Assembly (NCBI GenBank): GCA_965116925.1
Contig: OZ220744.1
Location: forward strand, 2,528,001-2,592,000
Length of the DNA: 64,000 bases
From: Candidatus Poribacteria bacterium
GTDB taxonomy: Bacteria; Poribacteria; WGA-4E; PCPOR2b
Direction: 5' to 3'
In this document: positions 28,885 to 39,147 of the stretch, one piece after another
Layout of the letters: each line of letters opens with the position of its first letter
Numbering within the stretch: the stretch's first letter is position 1
Translations under genes and position numbers: made by a program
The notes under the pieces: generated by a model
Told to the model about the DNA's origin: nothing
Seen by the model: only the letters and a program-made list of their open reading frames with translations
Databases searched by the model: none

Positions 28885-30813
28885 ATGCTTAGACAAGAAC
28901 CCTCTACCAGAATTAGCAAACGTGCGGTGCTGATCGGCGTGGTGCTGATTATTGCCAACAGCTATTGGATTGCCTACATCGAGATGTTGTGGCATACCGC
29001 GCACCTGACGATCGTTACGTTGTCAGTCAACGTTATGTTCGCGCTCCTCGTGATTACGGGGTTGAACATCATTGTTCGTCAGATTGCTCCGAGTGCTGCA
29101 CTCAGCCGGCAAGATCTGTTAGTTATCTACGGGATGCTGGCTGTGGGGAGTGCATTCTCTGGGCATGACTGTATGCCTCGCTTAATGGGACTCATCCCGT
29201 ATGCCTTCCGTTTTGCCACCCCTGAAAACGATTGGGAGGCACTGCTATTCCGTCACCTGCCACCGTGGTTGGTTGTTTCAGACTTGAGAGCGGTTACCGA
29301 CTTTTTTGAGGGCGAAGTCGACTTCTTCAGAGATGGTTACTTTCGATATTGGATCACGCCCATCCTATCGTGGTCGATTGTTATCTTCTCGTTGATGCTG
29401 ATTTTTCTATGTTTGACTTCTCTGATTAGGCGGCAGTGGGTGGTGCATGAGAAATTGGCGTATCCCGTGATCCAAATTCCGCTTGAAATCACGGCGGACA
29501 ACGGAGCGATCTTCAAAAATCGTCTGCTCTGGATGGGGTTTGGAATTGCTGCGGGGATCAATCTGCTCAACGGGCTCCAATATTTCTTCCCTGCATTGCC
29601 CTCAATCCCTGTCAAGCAATACGATCTCAATATCTACTTTACGCAGAAGCCGTGGAGCGCGTTGGGGAGTATGCCGTTGCGGCTGCATCCCTATATGATT
29701 GGTCTCGGCTTTATCCTTCCCTTGGACCTCTCCTTTTCCTGTGCGTTTTTCTATCTGTTCGGCAAAATGCAACTGTTATACGGGAGCATGATGGGTATCA
29801 TGCACCTGCCGGGCTATCCTTTCTTCGGTGAGCAGGGCACTGGTGCACTGTTTGCGCTGCTGCTTATCACGTGCTGGAGCGGCAGAAGGCATTTCGCGCA
29901 AGTCTTCTCTCGTGTGCTTCGCCCGGATCGCGAGGATGAAGCGGATGAGCCGATCTCTTATCGCGCCACAGTCATTACACTGTTTCTGTGCCTTTTGGTG
30001 TTGATGGGCTTCTGCATAAAATGCGGTATGTCTGTCTGGGGCTGTATAATTTTCATCTCTATCTATCTGCTAATTATTGTAGGATTGACACGGATGCGAG
30101 CGGAGTTGGGCCCCCCGATTCAGGCGGTCGGGTATGTCACGCCTCAATACCTGACGATCTCGATGTTCGGCACACGTCGGCTCCGGGCGGGGAATCTGAC
30201 GATGCTCTCGATGCTGAATTGGTTGAGCGGCGCGAGTTACGCGTCGTTTCGGACGCACCCGATGCCCGATCAGATGGAAGCGTTCAAACTCGCTGAACGC
30301 ACCGGCATCAGAAACCGCACAATGCTCATCGTGTTGATCATTGCCAGCATCGTGGGAATTGAATCGAGCCTCATCCTGTATCCTTATACGATTTACAAGG
30401 AAGGGGTTGCGGCGGGTTCAGAGCAGATTCATTCTGGCGGTGCAGAGGCGTACAATTTCCTGTCCTCATGGTTGATTAATCCGAAGCCGACGGATTGGTT
30501 GGCGATGGCAGTTCTTGGCATAGGCTTTCTAGTGAACATGGGGATTATGTTTCTCCGTGCCCGATTTGTATGGTGTCCGCTTCACCCTGCCGGCTATATT
30601 GTTGGCGTTGCCCCCGGTACAATGAACCTCGTCTGGTTCCCTCTGTTAATCGGGATGGCTGCGAAATGGGTGCTACTCAAACATGGCGGTATCAAGGGGT
30701 ATCGCCGTGGGATGCCCTTCTTTGTTGGGTTGGTACTCGGTGAGGCGTTGATAGGGTGTTTTTGGCCCATCATGAGCCTTGTGCTGCGTTCAGCGGTGTA
30801 TAGCTGGATCTGA
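28885..30813 (+). CDS. Polytopic membrane protein, DUF6785/DUF6784-like (putative peptide transporter)
   Basis: Many TM helices; RRQW...EKL.YP, TRMRAELG, PLHPAGY motifs. Confidence 0.7.
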   Translation: MLRQEPSTRISKRAVLIGVVLIIANSYWIAYIEMLWHTAHLTIVTLSVNVMFALLVITGLNIIVRQIAPSAALSRQDLLVIYGMLAVGSAFSGHDCMPRLMGLIPYAFRFATPENDWEALLFRHLPPWLVVSDLRAVTDFFEGEVDFFRDGYFRYWITPILSWSIVIFSLMLIFLCLTSLIRRQWVVHEKLAYPVIQIPLEITADNGAIFKNRLLWMGFGIAAGINLLNGLQYFFPALPSIPVKQYDLNIYFTQKPWSALGSMPLRLHPYMIGLGFILPLDLSFSCAFFYLFGKMQLLYGSMMGIMHLPGYPFFGEQGTGALFALLLITCWSGRRHFAQVFSRVLRPDREDEADEPISYRATVITLFLCLLVLMGFCIKCGMSVWGCIIFISIYLLIIVGLTRMRAELGPPIQAVGYVTPQYLTISMFGTRRLRAGNLTMLSMLNWLSGASYASFRTHPMPDQMEAFKLAERTGIRNRTMLIVLIIASIVGIESSLILYPYTIYKEGVAAGSEQIHSGGAEAYNFLSSWLINPKPTDWLAMAVLGIGFLVNMGIMFLRARFVWCPLHPAGYIVGVAPGTMNLVWFPLLIGMAAKWVLLKHGGIKGYRRGMPFFVGLVLGEALIGCFWPIMSLVLRSAVYSWI

Positions 30814-31646
30814 TCGAGTTTCAACTGTCCCTCCTTCCCTAAATTGACCGCAGAGACACAGAGAACGCAGAGAATAAAAAAGCAAGCAAAATCGCTTCCC
30901 TTCTAGTTGATTGATGTTCCCAAGTCGACATACTAAAGTTGACAAACTAATGTCGAGATGTGAATCTCGACCTACGGGAATTTGGTACTTCCTCTTCCTT
31001 CAATTTTTTCCCTATCCCTGTGCCCATTTCACACTATCTTGGTACATTGGGTTGTTGGATTGATGAATCCTGCACATGGCACTCCTCTGGAGCGCGATTG
31101 TTAGGCGTATTGCGATTCTGTAGACATATTGCTCCTTATGGGTTTTAAGAAATTAAACGGGTAATTCTATATTTCCCCAGACCCGGTAGGTGCGGTTGGA
31201 AACCGCGCCGGACATCGCTCGGAAATTACCCAATTAATAAATTAATCTTCATTTGGAGCAAAGAGACATCTATCTAGTACATTGTCAGATAAATGTAGCG
31301 CAAACTGTTAGTTTGCGGGCTCGGATCACAATCTAACAGATTGTGGTACAAAAGAGCACTTTTGCGAAACAGCTTTTTGAAAAAGAGGCTTCCCGATGAA
31401 AAACGGAGTTGGGTTTCACGGATCCCGTTCTGTCCAACCTACGATGCTGATAGACTTTCGATAGATAACAATTCCGGGAAAACTACACAAATTACACACG
31501 AATTTTCCCATTTTTCCCGCGAAAAAAGGCATGGGGAAAATGGGCATCCACTGAAAAACTCCCTCAGTTCGTATTAATCATTTTAGATATTCGTTTCTAT
31601 TTATGAAGTTAAATTGACAATTTTAGCGACATTTTGCAAATATATA

Positions 31647-31675
31647 TTGACAATTTAATGATATAGTGTTATATT
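31647..31675 (+). promoter_or_regulatory. Extended sigma70 promoter of the DUF2089-DUF4097 cluster
   Basis: TTGACA-N17-TATATT with a TG extension; overlaps an ATTGACAATTT repeat. Confidence 0.6.
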
Positions 31676-31718
31676 GTTATCAGAGCAATAAATCAAACCG
31701 TGAAGGAGTGAGATAATT

Positions 31719-32108
31719 TTGCGAAAGGTATTAGAGCAGTGTCCAACGTGTGGTGGTGAACTGACAATAACGGGTTTGCACTGCCGTTCTTGTCATACTC
31801 GGATTGAAAGCGAATATTCGACCTGCCGCTTCTGTCGCTTGTCCCAAGAGGACCTTGATTTCATTGAAATCTTTGTCAAGAATCGGGGTAATATCAGGGA
31901 GATGGAGCGTGAACTTGAGATCTCTTACCCGACGGTTCGTAGCCGGTTGAACGATGTGATCAAGGAGCTGGGTTATGAGGTTGAGGTGGAATCGGCTGCT
32001 TCCGATGAGATGGCGGCCGAACGGCGCACCATCCTCAAGCAACTCAATGAAGGGGAGATCTCCGCAGCGGAGGCGACTGAATTAATCAATCAATTAAGGG
32101 GGAAATAA
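31719..32108 (+). CDS. DUF2089-family Zn-ribbon/HTH regulator with C-terminal SHOCT-like segment
   Basis: CPTC...CRSC, GNIREMERELEISYPTVRSRL, GEISAAEA. Confidence 0.88.
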   Translation: MRKVLEQCPTCGGELTITGLHCRSCHTRIESEYSTCRFCRLSQEDLDFIEIFVKNRGNIREMERELEISYPTVRSRLNDVIKELGYEVEVESAASDEMAAERRTILKQLNEGEISAAEATELINQLRGK

Positions 32109-32110
32109 CG

Positions 32111-33412
32111 ATGAACGAGGAAAGAATGAGCATTCTCAAAATGGTGGCTGAAGGCAAAATTACGGCAGAGGAGGCGGAATCGCTCCTGCGAACCCTTGAC
32201 GCACCTGATGAGTCCCAGCAAGTTTCTGAGGAACAGTTACCGTCCGAAGACGAGCAAGAGAGCTTTGTTGAGTTATTAAAATCTGGTGACGAATCGCAGA
32301 AGGATCAGGGGCGGCTTTCGCTTGAGCTTAGACGGGTATCGGGAAATTCGGATGGAGATAGCAAACGTGGAGCGCGTCGTCGTCGGGGTAGGAACCACAG
32401 AGCCCGTTACGAAGAGCCAAGAGCGCAGGTGCAGTTTGAAACAGGTGAAAAGTTTGATTTGGGAATTGATAGCCGACACGGCGATATTGAAGTGAAGTCA
32501 TGGGCGGAAAACAGTCTCCAGATCGACTATCAGATCAGTGTGTGGGCGGAGGATGAGGAGACCGCGAAAGAGATCGCTTCGGAGATTGAGATCCGAATTG
32601 AGCCTGAAAAAGATGCTTCAGGCCGGGCGACGCGGGCTTCGATTTCGACGAACTATCCGGAGGAATGGAAGTTGTGGCGGAACAGTGGTCCTCGTGCACG
32701 CGTTGATTATTGGTTGGTCGTCCCGCAGCAGACGAATTTGGAACTTCACAATCGGCATGGTGGCGTGTCCGTCCACGATCTGCGTGGGACAACTACGATC
32801 GGCAATCGGCACGGTAATGTCTTTCTCGGCGCAATTGGTGGAGATCTGAACTTAGATGCACACCATGGAAACGTCGAAGCGGATTCGATTCTAGGGAATG
32901 TGTGCTTTAACTGTGGTCATGGGAATGCCGAACTTGGCAAAGTCGGTGGTAACCTTGAAGGTGACTATAGGCACGGAAACCTTGAACTTGATGCTATCGG
33001 CGGGGATCTCACACTGGCACATCGGCATGGAAACGCTGTCGTCCACTCGGTGGGTGGCACCATTGCGGTTAATAAGGGCCACGGGCGAATTGAACTCGGT
33101 GGGGTACGCGACACATTCCACATTGATGCACATCATGCAGCCCCTCATCTTGATGTGGTGGCACCTTTTAGCGGAGATTGCGTCATCAAGGGGCATCATG
33201 CAAAGGTGAACCTTGTTGCGCCGGAAAATGCGTTTGCGTCGATTCAGGCGTCAACCTATCGGGGGAGTATCTCCTCAGACTTTGAAGGGGATCTAACGAA
33301 CGGGAAACGAGAGCAACAGTTTACGGCAACTCCTAACACAGATGGAGCGAACCTGCAAGTTACTAATCATCACGGAGGGATTAACCTTCGTCGCCGTGGG
33401 GATGCAGCGTGA
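32111..33412 (+). CDS. SHOCT-like + DUF4097 (toastrack) beta-repeat protein, His-rich variant
   Basis: ERMSILKMVAEGKITAEEA N-terminus; ~19-aa beta repeats with xHG turns. Confidence 0.75.
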   Translation: MNEERMSILKMVAEGKITAEEAESLLRTLDAPDESQQVSEEQLPSEDEQESFVELLKSGDESQKDQGRLSLELRRVSGNSDGDSKRGARRRRGRNHRARYEEPRAQVQFETGEKFDLGIDSRHGDIEVKSWAENSLQIDYQISVWAEDEETAKEIASEIEIRIEPEKDASGRATRASISTNYPEEWKLWRNSGPRARVDYWLVVPQQTNLELHNRHGGVSVHDLRGTTTIGNRHGNVFLGAIGGDLNLDAHHGNVEADSILGNVCFNCGHGNAELGKVGGNLEGDYRHGNLELDAIGGDLTLAHRHGNAVVHSVGGTIAVNKGHGRIELGGVRDTFHIDAHHAAPHLDVVAPFSGDCVIKGHHAKVNLVAPENAFASIQASTYRGSISSDFEGDLTNGKREQQFTATPNTDGANLQVTNHHGGINLRRRGDAA

Positions 33413-33637
33413 AAACGAGAAAACGGGATGACGGGAAAACGAGAGAACAGGTAAACCAGACGAGAAGTGGCTCAGTGATCCGTGATCCATACATGTCGCC
33501 CCTCTGGGGCTACAAAACCGAAGAGATTTCCGGGCTATATACATTGCGCTCCTGTTCTATAAGTGGATTGTAGGTCGAGATTCATATCTCGACACCGAAC
33601 TATAGTGCTCACCAAATCGCGAAAGGGAGGTATAACA

Positions 33638-34744
33638 ATGAGACAAGATAGGCTTGAAGTGCTTAAAATGCTTGGGGAGGGGAAGATCAGTGCGGAGGAG
33701 GCAGAGATGTTGTTACGTGCCCTCGATGAGGCTGATGCGCCCGCAGAAGAGACTGATACTGAAGATGAAAAACCCAAGCAGGAGAAGGACTTTGTGCAGG
33801 AGATGACGGACATCTTTCAGGAGGTCGGGCGAGAAATCGAAGGTGAGGTCAGTAAGGCGCTTAAATCGGTGCAACGGGCGGATATTGGAAAGATTGTCGA
33901 CGAGGTGGTTGATCAGGTGAAGTCATCTGTTTCTGAAGCGGTTGATTCCGTGTCTGATATTGTTGACAGCACTGACGAAGCAGCGGAGGACAAGCGGAGC
34001 GTCAAGCAGCAACTGGATGTGTTTAAGGGCACCGGCATCACCAAAATTGATGCACAAACCGCTAACGGGCCGATCACGCTTGAAGGCTCGGACCGAGATG
34101 GGGTGACTGTCCGTGCGTGGAAGGAGATTCGTGGAAGAAGGACTGTCACAACGGAATTTGCCGAACAGGTCGAAATCTACGCGGAACAGATTGGGGATGA
34201 GCTTCAGATTTTCACGGATCATCCGCCTCCCCCAAAAGGCGTCAACCTCTCGGTGCGCTATGCAATTGAGACGCCGCGGGAGGTTGATGTGAATCTTCGT
34301 ACGGTCAACAGTAAAATCGAGATAAGTGGAATCAGTGGGGCAATTGATGCGACGACTGTTAATGGTGCCATAGAATTGGAGGGTGAAACGGGACCGATTC
34401 GTGCCCGCACCACCAACAGCTCGATTAAAGCCGAAATCGGTCTGCTGACCGACGATGCGGAGTTCTCAACGACCAACGGCTCGATAGGGGCAGAGGTGCA
34501 CCGTTGTGTTGGTTCTATGGCTGCGTTGACGACCAACGGCTCCATCAATTTAACGCTTCCCGCGGATTTTGCCGGGCAGCTCGACGCCGAAGCGAGGCGG
34601 GGACGTGTGCATTCTGATTTCCCCATCCCGGTTGTTGGAAAGATTAAAAATCGGCTGAAGGGTGAAGTTGGCGACGACGGCGAGGCGGTTGTTAAGCTGC
34701 GGAGCACGAATGGGTCAATTCGTTTGAAACGGCAAGAACCTTGA
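33638..34744 (+). CDS. SHOCT-like + DUF4097 beta-repeat protein
   Basis: ATG after GGGAGG; LKMLGEGKISAEEA; TxNG repeats. Confidence 0.82.
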   Translation: MRQDRLEVLKMLGEGKISAEEAEMLLRALDEADAPAEETDTEDEKPKQEKDFVQEMTDIFQEVGREIEGEVSKALKSVQRADIGKIVDEVVDQVKSSVSEAVDSVSDIVDSTDEAAEDKRSVKQQLDVFKGTGITKIDAQTANGPITLEGSDRDGVTVRAWKEIRGRRTVTTEFAEQVEIYAEQIGDELQIFTDHPPPPKGVNLSVRYAIETPREVDVNLRTVNSKIEISGISGAIDATTVNGAIELEGETGPIRARTTNSSIKAEIGLLTDDAEFSTTNGSIGAEVHRCVGSMAALTTNGSINLTLPADFAGQLDAEARRGRVHSDFPIPVVGKIKNRLKGEVGDDGEAVVKLRSTNGSIRLKRQEP

Positions 34745-34869
34745 AGCATGAAACGTGAAGATGGGAAAACGCGAAAGCGAGAAAACGGGATTAATCGCAG
34801 GTTCGGATACCTATGATACGTACAGGTTAGGAAACCTATACCCACTACTAGCAATTTTAGGAGGTTATC

Positions 34870-35895
34870 ATGCGGATGGGATTCGGTAAGTTTCAAATCA
34901 TGCTGATTTTACAAAGTGTGCTATTTGCAGGGCTGGCTATTGCTGACGCTGCTGTTGAGAATAACATTGAGAGGTCGTTTCAAGTCGCTTCCGGTGGACG
35001 TTTGACGATTGATGCGGACAGAGGTTCGATTGAGGTCCGCACGGCAGATCATGACCTTGTTGATGTAAAGATTGAAAGGAAGGTCAAAAGAGGGGGCAAA
35101 TGGAGCGTTGAAGAGGTCCTTGAAGATTTCCCAATCACCTTTGACCATAGTGACGGTGGGGTTACAATTCGAGCGAAGTACGGTGAGAAGAAGTCTTGGC
35201 CATGGAATCGGGAAAGAAATCGATTGGGGATTAAATTCTTGATTACCGTTCCGCAACGATACAACGTTGATCTGAAAACTGCGGGGGCGGGCATTTCTGT
35301 TGGTGATCTGGAAGGTGAGGTTCGCAGTCAGACATCAGGAGGCAGGCTCCGCTTGGGAAACATTGAGGGACCCGTTTGGGGGCGAACTTCGGGCGGCAGC
35401 ATTAAATTAGCGGGAACGCAAGGCGATGCGGATGTCAGGACCTCCGGGGGCAAGATAACGATCGGCAGCGTGGCGGGAGCGGTGGAAGCCAAGACCTCTG
35501 GTGGATCGATTAGCATCAACAAGGCAACCGGCGGTGTTAACGCCAAAACCTCTGGAGGTAGCATTACGGTTGAGGAGGTGATGGGGAGCATCAACGCGAA
35601 GACCTCCGGCGGCTCTATCAAAGCGTATATTTCTCGCCAACCTAAAGAGGATTGTTCGCTGGAGACATCAGGGGGAAGTGTGACTGCCTACCTTGTTGAG
35701 GACATCAGCATTGATGTGGAAGCTCGGACAAGCGGTGGTAGTGTGTCTACCGATGTTCCGATCGCAACTGTTGTGCAGGGCAAGGTAAGAAAAAACAGGC
35801 TACAGGGCGCGATTAACGGTGGGGGACCGCTGCTTAAACTGCGTACTTCCGGCGGTAGCATCCGTCTGCACAAAAAGCCGATCGTCGAGTCTTAG
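34870..35895 (+). CDS. Secreted DUF4097 beta-repeat protein
   Basis: Signal peptide; about ten TSGG repeats; GAINGGGPLLKLRTSGGSI. Confidence 0.85.
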   Translation: MRMGFGKFQIMLILQSVLFAGLAIADAAVENNIERSFQVASGGRLTIDADRGSIEVRTADHDLVDVKIERKVKRGGKWSVEEVLEDFPITFDHSDGGVTIRAKYGEKKSWPWNRERNRLGIKFLITVPQRYNVDLKTAGAGISVGDLEGEVRSQTSGGRLRLGNIEGPVWGRTSGGSIKLAGTQGDADVRTSGGKITIGSVAGAVEAKTSGGSISINKATGGVNAKTSGGSITVEEVMGSINAKTSGGSIKAYISRQPKEDCSLETSGGSVTAYLVEDISIDVEARTSGGSVSTDVPIATVVQGKVRKNRLQGAINGGGPLLKLRTSGGSIRLHKKPIVES

Positions 35896-36369
35896 CATGA
35901 AAACGAGGAGATGAGATAACGAGAGGACGGGAAAACGAGATAACGAGAAAACGAGAAGACAACCGATCATCGAGTATGGAAAATTGACCTACAGTTCAGT
36001 GTGAAAACGAGATAACGAGAAAACGAGAATATGCAAAATTCGGCTTATACGTCCAGAGGGGCATTTCGTGGGGAACAACGATCGTTGTTCCCTACACCCC
36101 TCCTAAAGTGGTTGCCTTGTTGTAGGTCGATTTTGGAAACTCGACAATCTTTCGTAGCCACAGTTTTCCTAACCTGTAATCATGACATAGGAAGATGTCG
36201 AGATATGAATCTCGACCTACAGGAATTCAGATTCTGTTAGTGTACGAGGGGTGTTGATGGGCGGGGGAACCCCGCCCCTACGCAAATATATCGTAATATG
36301 CACAAGGGTTACGGCACACGGCGTGTGTCTACTACCTTTGTGGACGGCATACGGAGTATGCCTACTACT

Positions 36370-37077
36370 TTAGATCGTCCCATCTTGTGGCTCGTAGCCG
36401 AGAATTTCGCAGGTGTGGGAGATGTCGAGTCGTGGGGTTTCGTGACGGCTCTGTCCGTGCACGATTGCGAAGTCAACCCCTTCGACATCGATGCAGCATC
36501 CTATCAGTTGCGCCAAATCGCGTTGGCTGATCCAGCCCTGTCCCATATCACCTCGGTTTCTGTTTGGTTCGCCTTCTCGTTTAATTCCGCCGATACGGAT
36601 TGCTATTGACGACAGTCCGTCGTGTGCAAAACACTGTCCCAACGCCTCGCCAAAACATTTGGTTACGCCGTAGACGTTTGGTGGGTTGACGGGCATATCC
36701 CAAGTGACGGAGAGGTCGGATGGATAGGCTAACATTGCGTTGATGCTGCTGGCAAAGACGACGCGCTCACAGCCTTGATCCTTTGCCGCTTGGAAGACGT
36801 TGTATGTGCCGATGATGTTCAGTGACAACAGGGTTTCGTAGAAGTCCGCTGCTGGACTGCGGTCGGCGGCGAGGTGGACAACCGTGTCCATCCCTTCGCA
36901 GGCGCGCTGCATCTGATCGAGGTCGGCGATGTCCGCCTTCATAACCTCATGCCCATTCGGATTTTCGATTTCGGCGATGTCTGCCAATCGCATGATGTAC
37001 CGATCACCGTAGTTTTGACGAATATAGCTGCCGATGAATCCTGCTGCACCGGTAATTAAAACGCGTTTACGTGCCAT
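36370..37077 (-). CDS. NAD-dependent epimerase/dehydratase (uronate dehydrogenase-like SDR)
   Basis: TGAAGFIG, HLAA, FASS, YGVTK motifs. Confidence 0.85.
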   Translation of the reverse strand: MARKRVLITGAAGFIGSYIRQNYGDRYIMRLADIAEIENPNGHEVMKADIADLDQMQRACEGMDTVVHLAADRSPAADFYETLLSLNIIGTYNVFQAAKDQGCERVVFASSINAMLAYPSDLSVTWDMPVNPPNVYGVTKCFGEALGQCFAHDGLSSIAIRIGGIKREGEPNRNRGDMGQGWISQRDLAQLIGCCIDVEGVDFAIVHGQSRHETPRLDISHTCEILGYEPQDGTI

Positions 37078-37175
37078 GTGGGTTGTTTCTCCTTGTTGAT
37101 GTGTTTATGGGTGCAGTCGGGCTAGGAAGCCCGACCTACGGGGGTTATCTTGTTAAAACTCGTTTACATGCCATA

Positions 37176-37961
37176 TTATGATTTCTCCTTCTCTTTTGCT
37201 TCTTCCCAGATTAGATCTAATCCAGCCAAATCGTAGTCTTTGAAAGTCTTGCCGCGTTCCTCAAGAGTCTCTTCCATTTTTTGGAAGCGGTTGGTAAACT
37301 TGCGCACTGCTCGGCGCAACGCCTCCTCCGCCTGCACATCCAAGAAACGGCATAGGTTCACCACAGAAAACAGGAGATCTCCAATCTCCATCTCAATCTC
37401 TGCCGTATCTCCCTCCTTCACGCTCGCTTTGACCTCCTCGATTTCTTCCTCTAACTTCGGAAGGACATCGGCGACGGTGTCCCAATCGAAACCGACGCGG
37501 GCGGCTCTGTTCTGAATCTTCTGCGCCCTCAACAGACTGGGCAGGGAGTCTGGCACCCCATCGAGGACAGATTTCCGATCCTCATAGCCTGCCTCACTTC
37601 GCTTAATCGCCTCCCAATTCTGAAGCACCGTCTCCGCGTCCTTTGCATCGACATCCCCAAAGACGTGCGGGTGGCGGCGGATGAGTTTATCCGTTACTGA
37701 ACGCACGACCTCGTTGATGCTGAAATCGCCTTGATCTTTTGCGATCTGTGCGTTGAGCATAACTAGTAGTAGGAGGTCGCCGAGTTCTTCCTGTAGCTTA
37801 TCGGATGATTTCGCGTCGATTGCTTCGATTACTTCGTAGGTTTCTTCGATGATGTCTGATTTCAGGGTTTCGTGGGTCTGTGCTTTGTCCCACGGGCAGC
37901 CGTTTTCGCCGCGTAATGTGGCAACAACTTGAACGAGTTGGTCAAATAGTTCTTTGTGCAT
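37176..37961 (-). CDS. mazG: Nucleoside triphosphate pyrophosphohydrolase MazG
   Basis: GCPWD..QTH, EELGDLL, KLIRRHPHVFG, EIGDLLF. Confidence 0.95.
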   Translation of the reverse strand: MHKELFDQLVQVVATLRGENGCPWDKAQTHETLKSDIIEETYEVIEAIDAKSSDKLQEELGDLLLLVMLNAQIAKDQGDFSINEVVRSVTDKLIRRHPHVFGDVDAKDAETVLQNWEAIKRSEAGYEDRKSVLDGVPDSLPSLLRAQKIQNRAARVGFDWDTVADVLPKLEEEIEEVKASVKEGDTAEIEMEIGDLLFSVVNLCRFLDVQAEEALRRAVRKFTNRFQKMEETLEERGKTFKDYDLAGLDLIWEEAKEKEKS

Positions 37962-37984
37962 AGATAATAGCCTCCGAGGGGTTG

Positions 37985-38014
37985 AGTATAGTGTATATTT
38001 GTGGCTCTTGTCAA
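37985..38014 (-). promoter_or_regulatory. Putative sigma70 promoter of mazG
   Basis: TTGACA-N18-TATACT on the minus strand. Confidence 0.5.
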
Positions 38015-38323
38015 GTTGGAAAATCTATTGACCTGTCAGGGTCTGCGTGCTATGATGATGCGTGAAACGCAAAACGTAATGCGTAAAAAGTTCGTTATGG
38101 GGTATTGGTTCATTAAGGGATTATCAAGAGTTGGGTTTCACAGTTGAAACAACGAACCAACACAGCCCCAACGGGACGATAATTGTCTGAATCGCGGATG
38201 AAGAGGATTACGCAGATTACACGGATTAAAAACCGCCGAACTTCCCCGATTCAAAGCCCCAGCGGGGCGACATGTGTTATAGAAGACACGGAACATGAAA
38301 CGTGACTAGGGCGTGTTGACATT

Positions 38324-38461
38324 TATAGTGGATCTTAGAATTAATGAGACACTCTCAACGCACAACCAACCCCCTAAATCCCCCTTGTCAGGGGGACTTG
38401 AGAAACTTCGCAAAGGGCGGAGTTGTTGGTAAATGTTTATTTATTTTTTGAATCCACTATA
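38324..38461. mobile_element. Correia-like MITE, copy 3 (opposite orientation)
   Basis: TATAGTGGATCTTAGAATT...TTTTTTGAATCCACTATA. Confidence 0.6.
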
Positions 38462-38612
38462 TATGAGGTGCATCCGTAATCGTAGGGGCGAGGTTGCCTC
38501 GCCCGGCGGGTTGGGGGACCCAACCCCTACGAAGGCTTATGCGTCTGTCCAACCATCTTGGTTGTCTGGTTGCAATGAAATGTTAGCAGAACCTATGTAG
38601 ATGGAGCGAAGT

Positions 38613-38942
38613 ATGGAATATACACTCGAAAATTGTCAGAAATTGGTCGATGAATGGATTAAAACGGTTGGGGTCCGCTACTTTTCCGAGTTGACAAATA
38701 CCGCTATCCTGATGGAGGAGGTCGGGGAGATGGCGCGTATCATGGCGCGCCGATATGGAGACCAGAGTTTTAAGGCGTCGGATAGAGAGGTGGATCTGGC
38801 GGAAGAGATGGCGGACGTGCTGTTTGTGCTGATCTGTTTGGCGAATCAGACGGGGGTGGACCTAGAGGACGCCTTTCGGAAGTCGATCGAGAAGAAGACG
38901 AAACGTGACCGGCAGCGGCATCAGGAGAATCCGAAACTTTAG
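38613..38942 (+). CDS. Single-domain MazG-like pyrophosphohydrolase (YpjD-like)
   Basis: LMEEVGE.AR, EEMADVLFVLICLANQ, KKTKRD; start could also be 38601. Confidence 0.88.
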   Translation: MEYTLENCQKLVDEWIKTVGVRYFSELTNTAILMEEVGEMARIMARRYGDQSFKASDREVDLAEEMADVLFVLICLANQTGVDLEDAFRKSIEKKTKRDRQRHQENPKL

Positions 38943-39147
38943 AGTTCATTGGTTCACTAGTTCAAGGGTTCATTAATGTGCTAGGGCGTATTGACATATT
39001 GATGTTGCTGATTGGTCAATGTGATAAATGTAGTGCAAACTGTTAGTTTGCGTATTGAGATCACAATCTAACAGATCGTGGTACAGAGGAAGGATAAGAT
39101 CACAATCTAACAGATCGTGGTACGGAAGAAATGAACCAATGAACCAA

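Noticed and set aside
39058..39123. 27-bp direct repeat as a mini-CRISPR
   Set aside because: Only two copies with a 12-bp spacer; it is a duplicated REP-like hairpin also present near 31324; no cas genes.
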